Assembly: GCA_000934665.2 (NCBI GenBank)
Contig: JYFJ02000643.1
Location: 62,001-117,759, forward strand
DNA: 55,759 bases
From: Catajapyx aquilonaris
Lineage: Eukaryota
Reading direction: 5' to 3'
Positions 24,626-37,544 of this stretch are shown here, one piece after another. Each line of letters opens with the position of its first letter. Positions within the stretch are counted from its first letter, which is position 1. Made by a program: the position numbers and the translations under genes. The notes under the pieces are model-generated. The model saw nothing but the letters and a program-made list of their open reading frames with translations, was not told where the DNA came from and did no database searches.

Positions 24626-27600
24626 TAATTTTATTTCATACTCTTATTGGTAATATTTGGTTCAGTACATGAGTTGTGCTTATTAGGCTTATTATTTTGC
24701 TGATGTTATGTTTATAATATGACTGTATTTAATAATGGCATGGCTCATGGATTGTGTGGGAGTATCTATAGCTTGGTAAAATAAAGCCAATCGAAGGTAA
24801 CCACAAAACAACAAGCTCGAAATATATTCTTTGCCGAAGCCAAATATTGAAGTAGCCTGCGGTTTCTTAACATTCTGAGACGCATGTAAACTATCCCTTC
24901 CCTTCGCCCTATCCTTGAACTCGTTTCCGTTTGATTGTAAACAAACAGCAACAAACAGATTACCCTCTTCCTGCTTCTTCTTCTCTCTGTGTATCAACTG
25001 CTTTTGTATTGTAGAAATCGTTGTCCACATTCTGCCTTTTTCTATTTCCTTGATGCCTGCTTTACTAGAAACTGGACAACAAAGGGTAATAGTTTGATTA
25101 ACAAAGGAGTGAATTTCAGATTGATACCCACATGACTGTCATCATCAAGGTCATCATTCACTGCCATAATTAGTAACAAACAGTCTTAAAAATGAACTAC
25201 TTGTAGAGCTATTGAAATAATCCGATTTCTCCATAATCAACCAAAACACATCACAAACCAGCCTTTATCAAGTGTTGGGAGATTAAGGCTAAGTACTCTC
25301 TTGTTTGAATTGCACGACTGATGCTACATATTGTGTTTCACTGAGCATTATTGCAAAGGGAAACCTGCTGCAACCTACAAAACATACGATCCGATGCTCC
25401 TTTGATCAAAGTACTTTGATGTCCTTAGAAAAGAGACCTCCGATCCCACGTAATGATCTTTCACCGGTTCAGAACCTGTCAGCCCCCGATTTTGTAGAGA
25501 TCACAATAACTAGATAAAGAAGAACAGTACGACAAAAGCATTTTACAACAATTATTTCCGCAACTGCGTAGCTTGAAGAATTCCTTCGTAACACAGTTAG
25601 AGATATAAAAATAAGGCAATCAATAATTATCTCGACCATCAACTGCAGGCGGTGGCAATGTAAATCAATTCAAATAGTTAATGAATCCAGAGCTTAAAGG
25701 GCTCCTCTTTTGACTTTCATAAGTTTGCCAAACTAATGTCATTACAATCCACAGCATTTGAAAGTGTGCAGTAAGTAAGTAAACAGTAAAACCGGCCCAA
25801 AAATTTTCGCCAATCGCACATCCGTAGAAAAGAAGTGCATTTGTTCACCGGAATAATCGACGTGAAATGTCCATTTTGCAAGCTCAGCTTATGGCACCCC
25901 AATGATTTGCAATGCGCGCTTTAATAACCCACGCATATGTGACCAATTTGCTTCTCACAACGGATGTTACGCCTTTACACTTGCCAAGCTGTATGTAAAA
26001 TGGATTTTGCAACACGCCCATCGCATGCTGCTACGGATATCCATCCAGGCTGTATTGTTGCATTATTTATCAGCTGCAAAGTGTGCACTTGTTTTTTTTT
26101 TAAAGAATATTACTATCAATATTTTTCCTTGCAATTCTGCCAACTTGAGTCAAAGTCTCAATTTATTCCGAACACGAAGCCTTCATACGAAACTTTCTCT
26201 TTGAAAACACTGATGTGAAAGGTGGCAACAAACATTGCACAGTCAACACACCCCATATGTAGTGATAACCTTCCTTTGTACAAGTCCAGAAGGATTGTTG
26301 ACAATAGTATGAGTCAACACACTGCGTCTGATTAGAACAGACAAAAAACGGATCGAAACGGATATTGTATTTGCGCTTTAATTACTACGTTGCCTCAAAG
26401 GGTGTTTAATAATTTTACAGATCGTCTTACTGTAGATAAGTAAATGCGGGCAGTCGCAACAGAAAAAAACAGCTTGAGTTACATGCAGTTGGATCCGAGA
26501 CAACAAAATATTGGAGGGGGTTTGGAAGTGGGGGACTTTTTTATAGCATCAGGGAGAGCTTGTATGGTCGCTATAAAACCTTCCTATAGCCCCGATGCTC
26601 TTCCAAACAGACTCAAGAACACCTGAGATGAGCCTAATACTGTTCTGAAGGCCTTGCAGGCCTGATGGAACAAAATCCGCTTATGTCCTGCTTCTTGCTG
26701 AATTATTTACATATTCATATGTTTGCAGTAAAAAAATATGACTTTTCATGTTATAATTCCTGGAAGCAACGTTACAGTGCAATAATTCCTTCTCAGTGAA
26801 ACACTCGTGTTGTGAAGTAAATGATGCGATCGAAGTTTGCAGCAAAAGTTGAAGGCATAAAGGGAAGTGATTATATCGTGACGTAACTGACGAGTGAGCC
26901 TTTCCATAGAGCCGGATAATATTATACTGTTTTACTTGCATAGAAAAGCAGACAAAATGTGCTTTCATTTTCCCTTTCCAGAGATATTTGCATGCATAAT
27001 GTTAGAAAATAAATTTAAGCCCTCACCTATACGTGCGGCAGCTACATTGTTGAGGATATGTTTTTGTTTATTATCAACAAGAATTTAATTTTTTATATAC
27101 AAAAAACGTAAAAGACTAACAAATGCAAAAATGTGACATAATTTGAAGCCTTGTCAAATCTGAAATCGCAATTTTTCGTAAAAATAATAATATTGGCATT
27201 CCACAATTTCTTGTGACGATCCCAAATTAATGACCCCCCATCCCAATTTGACACTTGACATTTAGCCATGTGCGTGGGCACTTTCATTCTCAACACATGA
27301 AAATCGTTTATTGCCCCTTATACATCCCCCGTTCCACCATGTATTACCTCCCTACTTACGTTTTACTGTACGCATTCTCCAGGCTTTAACCCTGACTTTA
27401 AAACCCGTACATAAAACCAGCGTCTGCTTTTATCCGGATGCGGCCTACTTTTAGAGGGCCTGGCGTTTAAAACGCGACTGAAAAAACGACGGGGGGGGGG
27501 GGGNGGTTTACAGCAACCTAAAATGTACGGACAGTAAGCCCAATGTTGTATCAGTTTTCTGGGGAAATTATTCACGTTTTAAATACAGTGGGTGGAATTT

Positions 27601-27669
27601 TTGTCCCACTGCTAGTTATTGCTAACTTAGCAGTAACTAGAAGAGTGCTAAGAGCCTCTGGTTCCTTAC

Positions 27670-28461
27670 CTTTCTCTTTGTTCGTGCCATCCTCTGGTCT
27701 CTGTTGTCCTCAGCTTCTCCTGGAGGTTTCTTTCCCCAAACCACGAAGGCAATTCGGGTATAGCTGAACACCAGGACGAACAATGGTAAGAAGTACTGAA
27801 GGCCCATCAACGCCATGCTGTAGTAATACCGTTGTTCATCTGAGTCCCATACCTCCCCGCAAATGTACCGCTCGTGATGTACGAACCACGGATCGGGTTG
27901 GTGCAGCTTGGTCACGATGGCCACTGGAAGGGCGGTCAGTATGGCCACGAGCCACACTATCAGTATGATCAGCTTGGCCTGAAGATGTGTGACCCTGTGT
28001 CTGAACGGGTACAGTATGGCCATGTACCGGTCCATACTGATAGCCACGAGTGTGTACGCGCTGACAAACACAGATACAGCCTGAGTGTACGACACAATCC
28101 GGCACATCTCCTCACCGAACAGCCAGTACTGCAGGAGAAGTATGGACACGAACGAGAACGGTACGCAAAACACAGTCATCAGTATGTCCCCAACGGCCAG
28201 GTTGACTATGAAGTAATTTGTGACTGTCCGCATTCGACTGGACGACAAAACTATGTAACACACAAGTCCGTTTCCACATAGTCCGAACACGAATATGGTG
28301 CAGTACAGCAAGTATATGGCCACCTGAAACGCTGTCGAAGCCCTCGTTGGTCCGTTCCATGGCTGCTCACACTTGCACCATCCTGTACTGTTAGTTTCGT
28401 TCCAAGTTCCATTCCAGTTCCATACCAGATCGTCACACGGACACGTCCAGTTGGTCTCCAT
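27670..28461 (-). CDS. RYa-R: RYamide/luqin-type neuropeptide GPCR, shared coding exon (N-terminus, TM1-TM5, ICL3; 264 codons)
   Basis: ORF with class A motifs GNGLV (TM1), RMRTVTNYFIVNLAVGD (ICL1/TM2), W-x-FGxxMC (ECL1/TM3), DRY, YFLPL (TM5) and ICL3 PPGEAEDNRDQRMARTKRK, typical of RYamide/luqin receptors. Start context acaagcATGG with an in-frame upstream TGA. Ends at phase-0 donor AAG|gtaagg (GT at 27669-27668). Confidence 0.93.
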
Positions 28462-28683
28462 GCTTGTTGTAAATCCGCGCCAAACAGTACGACCGTGTGT
28501 CTCCGGCAGGGGGCTAAAAGGAGGCAGGGTGGCAGCGAGTCAGCGCACAATCGATCTTCTCGGACCCAATCGGGTGGGCTGCTTGGGTACATGGGGTGTA
28601 CCCACACCACCATACCCACGTACTTTTGATCATCAATGCATCGGACGGAGACGTCATCGGGAAGTCATTAGGGACTCTCGTAC
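28462..28683 (-). other. 5' UTR part of the first coding exon (222 nt, contains six upstream ATGs)
   Basis: Strong acceptor tttttttctttttattttctttcag|G (AG at 28685-28684). GC-rich exon-like composition continues to the ATG. Implies a further upstream non-coding exon. Confidence 0.75.
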
Positions 28684-31600
28684 CTGAAAGAAAATAAAAA
28701 GAAAAAAATCGAGAAAATCCTGGATTGCTCGCTCATTTCTTGAAACACTGTTGGAAATAATGGAAGGTAAACAGGACTGAATATTATCGCTTGTTCAAGG
28801 TCACATTTGAGATGAACGATGCGTTTACATAGTAGGGTCTGGTCATGTTGCGTAATTTTTTGGCGATTCTTTAACATCCTGAATAAGATTCTTCGAGGTG
28901 CGGTTTGTATAGTGTAAAATAAAGCGCCTATTTATTTGATTCTGAGGGATACAATCCCTGACCTATCCTGCCTTCACGTTCGATATCATGTGCGTCACTC
29001 CCACAGCTCTTCCTGAGCTATTTTGGACAAAAATAACACTCTGAATAGAACACAAAATATAAGCCGGACGTCCAAGGTGTATCATAATTTTTTGACGTCA
29101 AGCATCGATGTGTTACCCCTGCCATTACCCAACCAAAATTGGCAATATGAACTGGCGACAAAACCGCGTGTGACGTCAGAAAGTGTCGATGGAGCGGTGG
29201 AAGTTACGACGTAGTTAAGGTTAAAGCCTAGGGATGAAAATCGGAGGTTTCCGACCTCTTCTTGGCCTTCAGCACACCGTTTCAGTGCAATATTTTTTGC
29301 GCAGGATGTAACACCAGCATGACGTACAGTGCAAGGAAAAATGAGCTGGATCCCTTTTCAAGTGCTTTAGTCTCCATATTTGAGTATGCATTAGGGGTAC
29401 AGGGTCAGCCAGGCTTGTATTTCCAACCCTGAAATCGCTATTTACTTGTGCAATATTTGATGCGAAATATAATAGCCTACCAGAATGACGTGGGGTGTAC
29501 AAAAAATAAGGACGATCTCCTTTTAAGTGCCACCATTAAGCTGCACTTTAAATATCGAGTGTCTGTGGGATAGAAATTTATCCACTAATATTGATCAAAT
29601 TTTGTACATAATAACATATAACGTGTAAGTTATGTAAATACGACAGAGGAGCAAAACTGGCATAAAAACTGACTCACATATCGAGAAAAAATTATTCAAA
29701 AAATTTAAAGCCTGACATCAAGTGATCTTTAAAATAATTCAAATTTAGTCGAAATCAATTCATAATAATGTATGATCTGCGTCTATGAAAGGTTAACCTT
29801 TATTATAAATCTTCATAACCATTTAAAACACAAGGATACTATGGTAATGTTCCAGATTTTACTGCAATCTGGTAATAGTGCATAAAATATTTCGATTATT
29901 TTTTGGGCTTCTTCAGCCTCTGCCAACAGCCAATTGACCAACCAAAAATACCTAAACACACGACAAAAAATACTCATACAAAATGAGTCATTGAGTTGAT
30001 CAAATATCCACAACACCTGTACGAAACAGAACAACAATATATTTTGGCTCAATTTCAATGACATTTTCTCCTTGAAATTGGACCCGGCATTGTTAGTGGT
30101 TTAAGTAGTGTAATTAGAGAGTATACATGGTAAACGGCTCTCATGTTTTCAATAGTCCTGACGCCTGTTGCCAAATTCTAACACTTAAGCGTTAAAATAA
30201 TTTAGAAAATATTGTCCCTCGCAAAATTTCAACCATTCACAACCTTTTCAAGCAGAGCCTTTTACCAGCATATCCTACCATCCTCCAGATTGCTATCTAA
30301 TTTTAAGCCCCGATTATCCACACGTTTAAATGCGTGCTTTTGACACCCAAACCCTCTCTATCTGCATGCCATATCCAGCGTTTTTGACACATTCCATTGA
30401 ACCCATCATTTGACATCCTTTTGCCATGCAGTGCCATCACCGCCCTCGGCCCCTGTCATTATCCCCACAGAATATGGCCCACGATTACTATAACTCAGAA
30501 AGAGCTCGTGTTTCATCCACTTGTGGCTCTGGCGAAATGGGCGTGATGCTGACAATCTATCCAATAAACGGCCCTCGGATCCTGCTCCCATAACCTCATC
30601 TTGTGACGGATAAGGACATTCTGCAGCCACTTTGTTTCGGACCCAGCCATCTTCAGGCAGGCTAGGACGTGGCCTGTACTGATAATGCGCACTTGGCAGG
30701 GCTCCTGGAAGCGAAATAATCTGGCTTGGCACCAGCCAATAAAAGTGATCCATAGATGGCGTTGGTGTGCATATGACGTCAGATCCAATATGGCGCCCAG
30801 TGAAGCAGCAGTGTGGCCAGATGCAGTGATTATTCTCCATACTAAAAGTGCCTAAAAGTGTTGCTAGTTCATGTTTAAAAATTAAATTCAAACTAAATAA
30901 ACATTGTATATTATTTTCTTATGAATGACTACAATGATGTCTGGGACTCGGTAGTTAATTTTTAAAGTTAAAAACACTTCACATGACAATGGTTTTGCCT
31001 GGGTTGTTCACCTCCCCCCCCCATTGGCCCCGAACCTCTTCTAGATCGCTCTACTGATGTCCCAAATTGAGTTTTAGATTACCTCCGTTGCACAAATTCC
31101 GGTGGCACAAAAACCATAGCCATTTGCCACTGCCAGACTCACGGGGGTTGCCATAGTCACCGCACCGCAAGCAATAGAAGATAGGTGCGGATGAGCACTT
31201 CGAGAGCAAACCCCCCGAAGGTTGTGATAGAAACGTTGCTTTTACCTGTTGGCAGGGGAAACAGGAAGTAATCAGGATGACCACGGGTCGCATGACAGCA
31301 ACCATTGGTCACGCCCTGTGTTGTATAGTGAACAAAAGGACCGATACAAACATATGAGCTGCTGTTTTAAAGGGGGAGTGCACGAAAGGTGATTTTTCAT
31401 GCAAAAGATGGCATTGATCACGTGAAAGTTTCCGATCCAATATGGCGGCTGAGGGATCGACAGAGTGACCAGATGCAGCCAGGGTTAAAACCAAATCGTT
31501 GATTTTGCCATTTTTGCAACACAGTTTTTGTACTATGTCATTGATCCACACCATTAGACCAGTCTCCCTCAAAGTACATACAAGCGCTAGAAAAGAGAAC

Positions 31601-33349
31601 AATCTCGATCCGATAATGTGACAGTCCTTGAAGAGTTTGACGCTAACAATGTCTCAAACGGAGCGGCTACAGCCGAACATGGAATGGGCGGAATCCTCGA
31701 ATCTGAATGGCATGCGAATTGGATCCTTTTAGTTAAAATAACAGGGGACTTGGTGGAAATCAAAAGCTATAAGTCGTGCCAATAACTGTGGGATTTTTTA
31801 AAGGGTCGGGAATATTATCTGGGTGTAACAACGTTCTAGGCTTTGAAGCAGACTCTCTCCAGCATTTAGCTACGGGAGTCCATTATTCATATCCCACCAA
31901 AAAACATCTGTCCCGAACCGAGCCGGTTTTACGGTCGAATAAAACCGCGACGGTTTTCCACATCTGAATATTAGCAGGCTAAAAAACCGAGGGAAGAAGG
32001 CAATTGGATAGAGAAAAAAAATCGAGTTTATTCCCGAGCAATAAGGTGCAGGTCGTAATTTCAGGATTAGCACCAGCAAAAGTTTAATTTACAGTTGGCG
32101 GCATTGCTACAGGTCTAGTTTTAATAATCTGCGTAAATTAGCACATTCATTGAATTCATGTACCTGATTGTAGAGGCATTTCCTTAATTTAAAGTACACT
32201 TTCGGAATTAAATTGCAAACATTCAGGTGCGCAACTTTTTTTTGAAGATAACTTATCTAGAAAATAATTAAAGAAAATGTCTCAGAGTAGTGTGGTTTTA
32301 TGAGTCGCTTCCAGGCATTTTCAGGAAAAGTCGCTTTAAATGAGCCGTCATTGCTCCTTTCCCACGTACAGAGAAAAAAGTACTGCCCATATTCCAAAAT
32401 GCTGGGTTATTCGTATGATTGCACATTACATAATAGCCGTAATTACTTCATGGCATAATTTTCTGCTTTAATTGTCGTTGCTTACACAGATATTGACATG
32501 TTTTGCAATATTGATCGCTTTAAACTGTGTTGTAATGAGAAATATGATACCATATTCATTAATCCCCATTGGAATCGATATAAACTGGACAAGGCGACAA
32601 ACCCTGGAAGTTGCAAATTGTTTCCAGTCATATTTTTCTCATTGAAACAAAATATGCCATCTACTAGCTTATGTAAGCCAGAAGGTTCCTGAAGTAACGC
32701 ATATTTTAAAACCGTTAATTGCCATTTGTATTCCCGATCCGCTCTAGATACTGGCTGCACCATATTCATTTAAGAGCTTCTCTAAGACCCAAGAAAGCAT
32801 CCGATGCCGTCACTCCTAATAAGGCTCCTCTAACGACATTTTTGCGCCTTTTATACGCGGCAGACAACTCATTTTCATAACGTCGAAGAAGCAAAGACGA
32901 GGCAAGGAGAATGGTTGCCCCCCTTAACTTCTCTCAACAAGTACCTATTAGGTACAACACGCTTTTAATCATGCAATCAGGTGCCCCTATTTATGGTAAT
33001 GCATGTTCTCTTTTGCTTCCTAAGCTTCTCCCCCACTCAGTTGCCCATCTCGCCAGACGTTCCCCTTTAACTTCATTGTAGCTCATTAATGCCTCCAGCT
33101 CGAAATTGGTCCCAGTAATCACCTCATGACTTTATGCACTTTCCACCAATTGCACGGACAACAAGCAGAATATTGTCCAGTACTCTCAGGTGACCATTTA
33201 TTTTGCATAATGATGTTGACTGCTGGAAAGAGGCGGACATCAAGGTTTATACGTATGTCAATTTATCTCATTATTGTTTTAAATAACAGCATTGAATAAT
33301 TTAGTTGCTAATGACACTTTACGTAACTTCAGTAAAAAGCAAGTATGTA

Positions 33350-33965
33350 ACAGCAAAAATAACTAATAGTAAAAATACTGGTGAGAATAACTAATAGTAA
33401 AACACTGGTAAAAATAACTAATAGTAAAAACACTGGTAAAAATAACTAACAGTAAAAACACTGGTGAAAATAACTAATAGTAAAAATACTGGTAAAATAC
33501 CTAATAGTAAAATAGTAACCAAATAAAATAATAGCAAAAATAACTAATAGTAAAATAGTAACCAAATAAAATAATAGTAAAAATAACTAATAGTAAAATA
33601 GTAACCGAATAAAATAATAGTAAAAATAACTAATAGTAAAATAGTAACCGAATAAAATAATAGTAAAAATAGAAATATAAAAAAAGTAAAAATGGTAAAA
33701 TAATAGAAAAATTGTACCACTAAAGTATTCTAATAGTAAAATAATAGTAAAAATAACTAATTGTAAAAATAACTAATTGTAAAAATAACTAATTGTAAAA
33801 ATAACTAATTGTAAAAATAACTAATAGTAAAATAACTAATAGTAAAATACCCAATTGTAAAATAGTAACCTAATAAAATAATAGTAAAAATAGAAATAGA
33901 AAAAGTAAAGTAAAAAGGGTAAAATAATAGAAAAAATAGTACCATTAAAGTGTTATAATACTAAA
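33350..33965. repeat. AT-rich minisatellite (aataactaatagtaaa core) with higher-order units
   Basis: Many copies of a 16-17-bp core, ~30- and ~44-bp composite units, and a duplicated block ending gtaccactaaagt / gtaccattaaagt. Confidence 0.9.
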
Positions 33966-34006
33966 TTAGTACAAAGTAATAAATGATAGATGATAATAAC
34001 TTAGTC

Positions 34007-34094
34007 CAGTTGAATACCGGTACGGAAATAACAGCCTCGGCTATAAGAGACTGATTTCCGAGGTCCCTTGAAGTCTGTTATATCCGGAATCAGC
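34007..34094. mobile_element. Very degenerate pogo/Tigger-like MITE relic
   Basis: cagttgaataccgg ... gttatatccggaatcagct imperfect termini. Confidence 0.3.
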
Positions 34095-34450
34095 TAATAA
34101 ATATTGTTGAGTAATTTTCCTGCTGTGAGGTCAGTTCTGTTTCAGGTTGAATGTATTACGCTACATTGTTTCCTTTTTAATTTGGCGAATGTACCACCCT
34201 GTATTGTTGTCAAGTCGAGGCCAATTACTGCACCAGTGTTAGAGCTGGCGGATTGATTTCTCATTTAAGGGCGCGGCTTGAAAGCCCGTCAATTTTTGTG
34301 GCTAATAAGCATTGAGTCAACACATTTAGCGTCAGGAGCCAGACACTCTGACGGCTAATACAGGCCGACACAAAAAAAGGTCAAACAAAGCTTATTTGAA
34401 TGTGAAGCTATTTTTTTCTTCACTTTTTTTGTTTCGAGAGAGACAGCCAG

Positions 34451-34468
34451 CTCTCCCCCTGGTGGCGA
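34451..34468 (-). promoter_or_regulatory. CTCF-like motif (tcgccaccagggggagag)
   Basis: Close match to the CCACCAGGGGG core. Motif match only. Confidence 0.3.
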
Positions 34469-36569
34469 TGACAGGACATCGGCGTCAGGAAAATCAGTCG
34501 TAAAAATGTTCGCGTGTCATCCAATAGGACTTTTTTTTTGTATAGCGTGCGTCCACACATTCAGTCCAGTTTTTGTGTGTCCAACTCCCTTTTCCAGTAG
34601 AAAGACAGACGTCCGCAACAATTCGGGTGGAATTTTGGCTGGAGAGAGTATGTCACGGGAACAAATCCCTAGCTCTCCAAAAGTCCCAACAGTATAGGGA
34701 GAGAAAAAACTCTCTTCCCAGTAGAATTGCCTTGGTAGCATTTGATGTTGGCAAATTTATTATTTAAAGGTCTTGTTCCCAGTTAGCTTCGAGGAAGAAA
34801 TGTTGCTGGAATTTAGCCAACTTTCTTGTGGTGTAATATAATACACGTCTACACAGTTGTATCTCTCGCCAACTTTTCCTTGCGCTAATATTTAATAACC
34901 ACTATATGCATTTATGAGGAGATTTATGACATAGCCGGAAGAGGCTGGGCTGAATAAAAGTGCAGTAAAGTTCAATTGAGCCAGAAATTGTAATATAAAC
35001 AAGTGCCAATAAATTACGCATAACACAATTACCTAACAATTATTGAAATTAAATCCAAATATTATTTTCATTGTCATTGTAATAAAACAATGTTCGGATA
35101 CAAAAATGAGTGTTTGAAGTTTGTGTAATAGGTGGCAAGTACTCGAAACGTACTCCATAATACGTAATTTTCTCGTAATTTCTTCACGGCATTAGTTCCC
35201 AGTGGTGTCCAGGTATTACCTGACCACCTCGTTAAGACCGACATAATGACACCTCTGGTGACTGGTCAGCAGGCTACGCAGAGTGTTAATGAAGGTGATG
35301 AAGATGATAATACACTCGACTAAATTGCATTACTTCAGCATAATTCAATGTAGCTAGATTCAATCGATATTACGACTTAACATTGCAATGCAATTCCACT
35401 CATTAAGCCCACTTCGTTAAACTCACATTATCGGGCATAAACCAGTCATGGCCGAAATTCCATCGTTACACCAAGCGGCAATATTATTTTTGATTCTTGT
35501 ATTTTGTGGCCCGTTTTAAAAATAAACTCCCAGAGTTCGCATTGTGGGGTGCTTCAGTGGGTTTCCACTAAATTATGTCCATGAATAGCAGCCATTTTGG
35601 GGGGGTTAAATCCTACAGAAAGAGGTCACGGTCACTACGCTTTCTTTCGGATTCCAAAGCACTTGAAAGTATAGAAAATTAAATCTTGGGAGGAATCCTT
35701 TCAGATCTAAAGTGCTACGTACTACGCAATAAGAAATCGAATCCTGATCAATTCAAGTAGGAAGCGACAGTATTTACAAGACCATTAATGGAACAGGTGA
35801 AATCCTCCTAAGGTAAATATTATTAAACTCCAGCTGCCGCTTCTGCTTTTTTTCTCCCTTTTCATTTAATGGACTCTTAAGGTTAAAAGTTTTCTAAAAT
35901 GAGTTACGCCACTAGCTGGATTCCCTCCTAAGCCTCCGCATGAAACACGATCCAAAAAACCCCATGTTATTTCTACCAAGTTTTTTCCCTTAGAGAATCC
36001 TCCAACTCGCAGCGGAGTCCAACTCTTGATACTCAGAATCGGGGTTAAGTGTCGACTTTAGAGTTGCTCATGTCCTGCATATTCAAGCCAGCAACTTCCG
36101 ATATTATACCAGGGACATGGTAATAGCCTTAATAGTTGCCTTGCTGTATAATCTGACCCTCTCGCCTAATTGGATACACGCCTCTTGCTTGATCGCGCCA
36201 AGAAATTTATGTTGAGTAAGCTCCTTTACTCCGCCTGGTATTAACTCTAATGAGTCCAGAATTGAAGAAAGTTTTGTAGTCTGTCCGGCCAGATATTAAA
36301 GAGTTATTTCTGTTAGATGTACGCCACAACTATAAAGTTTCATAAACATATAGCTTGGCTTTGTCCCCAGCAGTGCGTCTGGTTAACCTGCTTCTGAGAG
36401 ACATAAGGATGTGAGAGTGTATAGAAGCCGTTGTCTGTTAGCTTCCGTTGTTTATAGCATGTATTTTTACTCCCGCATAACTCATTACATAACTGAAGAG
36501 TAGGTGTGCAGACATGCAGAACATTTTTTGACCTACTGGGATATGTTCCTGAGAAATTTCAAATGACTT

Positions 36570-37441
36570 CCCTTACCGAAATTTAACCTAGCCGCGAGCT
36601 TGCCGCTAGGTCGCCAGAAGCTGGCGAGCTCGCCTCAGGATAGCCGCCACGTCGCGGGACCTCGCGGCTGTCAAAATATTCTCCTGACCTCGTCATGACG
36701 AGCTAGCCGCTACTTGGCGCCGAGCAAGTCATTCCGCGAGGTCAAGTCTCTTTTTCTGACCTCGTCATGACGAGCTAGCCGCTACTTGGCGCCGAGCAAT
36801 TTATTCGAATGTGGGGCAGCTTCCCGCTTGGAGATGGCGCTGCCGTCGGTGTATCGTTGCACCGATTTATCCCACAACAATGCGAATTAATTTTGGCCAT
36901 TACCCATGTGCAAAGGTGGCAGGCTATACTCCACTGCATGTGGCTCATTTACCCCCGAGGTACTTCATTGTGACATTAATTTGCTAGAGTCATTCGATGG
37001 CAATGCTGTTTGGTGCGAGCAGGACAATCCGCGGTATGAAAGAGCCATACAAGCCGGGCACCTCCGCACTTCCACGAAAACCAAGCAACCAACCATGCGA
37101 AGAAGAGAATAATAAAAAGCGAAAAAGCCACTTCTCCATCCCCAGTGTGACTTGCTCGGCGCCAAGTAGCGGCTAGCTCGTCATGACGAGGTCCCCTTAC
37201 CGAAATTAATTTATATATAATATCAATATAGTGGCGAGGTGGTCGCGTGGTGGGTACCTCGCGACTACCTCGGCTGGCGAGGTGGTCGCGAGGTGGCCAC
37301 CTTGCGACCACCTCGCCGACCGCCACCTCGCCGCGACTTCGCCCGCGACATAGCGAAATGAAACAACCGCTAGTATGCGGTTGGGTGGCCATAAGCTCGT
37401 CTGACGACCTCGCCGCGAGGTAGAGAAAATTTCGGTAAGGG
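36570..37441. mobile_element. Non-autonomous CMC/EnSpm-like element with subterminal repeats (composite)
   Basis: TIR cccttaccgaaatt at 36570, its reverse complement aatttcggtaaggg ending at 37441, and a second left TIR at 37194. Many cctcgc/gcgagg subterminal repeats. A 46-bp unit occurs twice direct and once inverted. No clear TSD. Confidence 0.75.
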
Positions 37442-37544
37442 ATTAGTCCTGCCAACTAATCGCAATTGTTAATTTGACATAATCTAATAACCCTTTCTAA
37501 TTACCCTGGATGACGAAACATTCAGAAGGTGAAAAATTGATTTT

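Noticed and set aside
27783..28360. Alternative-frame and antisense ORFs over the GPCR exon (also over 9.4-9.9 kb and 17.7-18.2 kb)
   Set aside because: Shadow ORFs of GC-rich coding sequence.
36686..36805. Two ~44-bp palindromic direct repeats with a spacer, superficially CRISPR-like
   Set aside because: Only two direct copies plus one inverted copy, inside a TIR-bounded element in eukaryotic DNA, with no cas genes.
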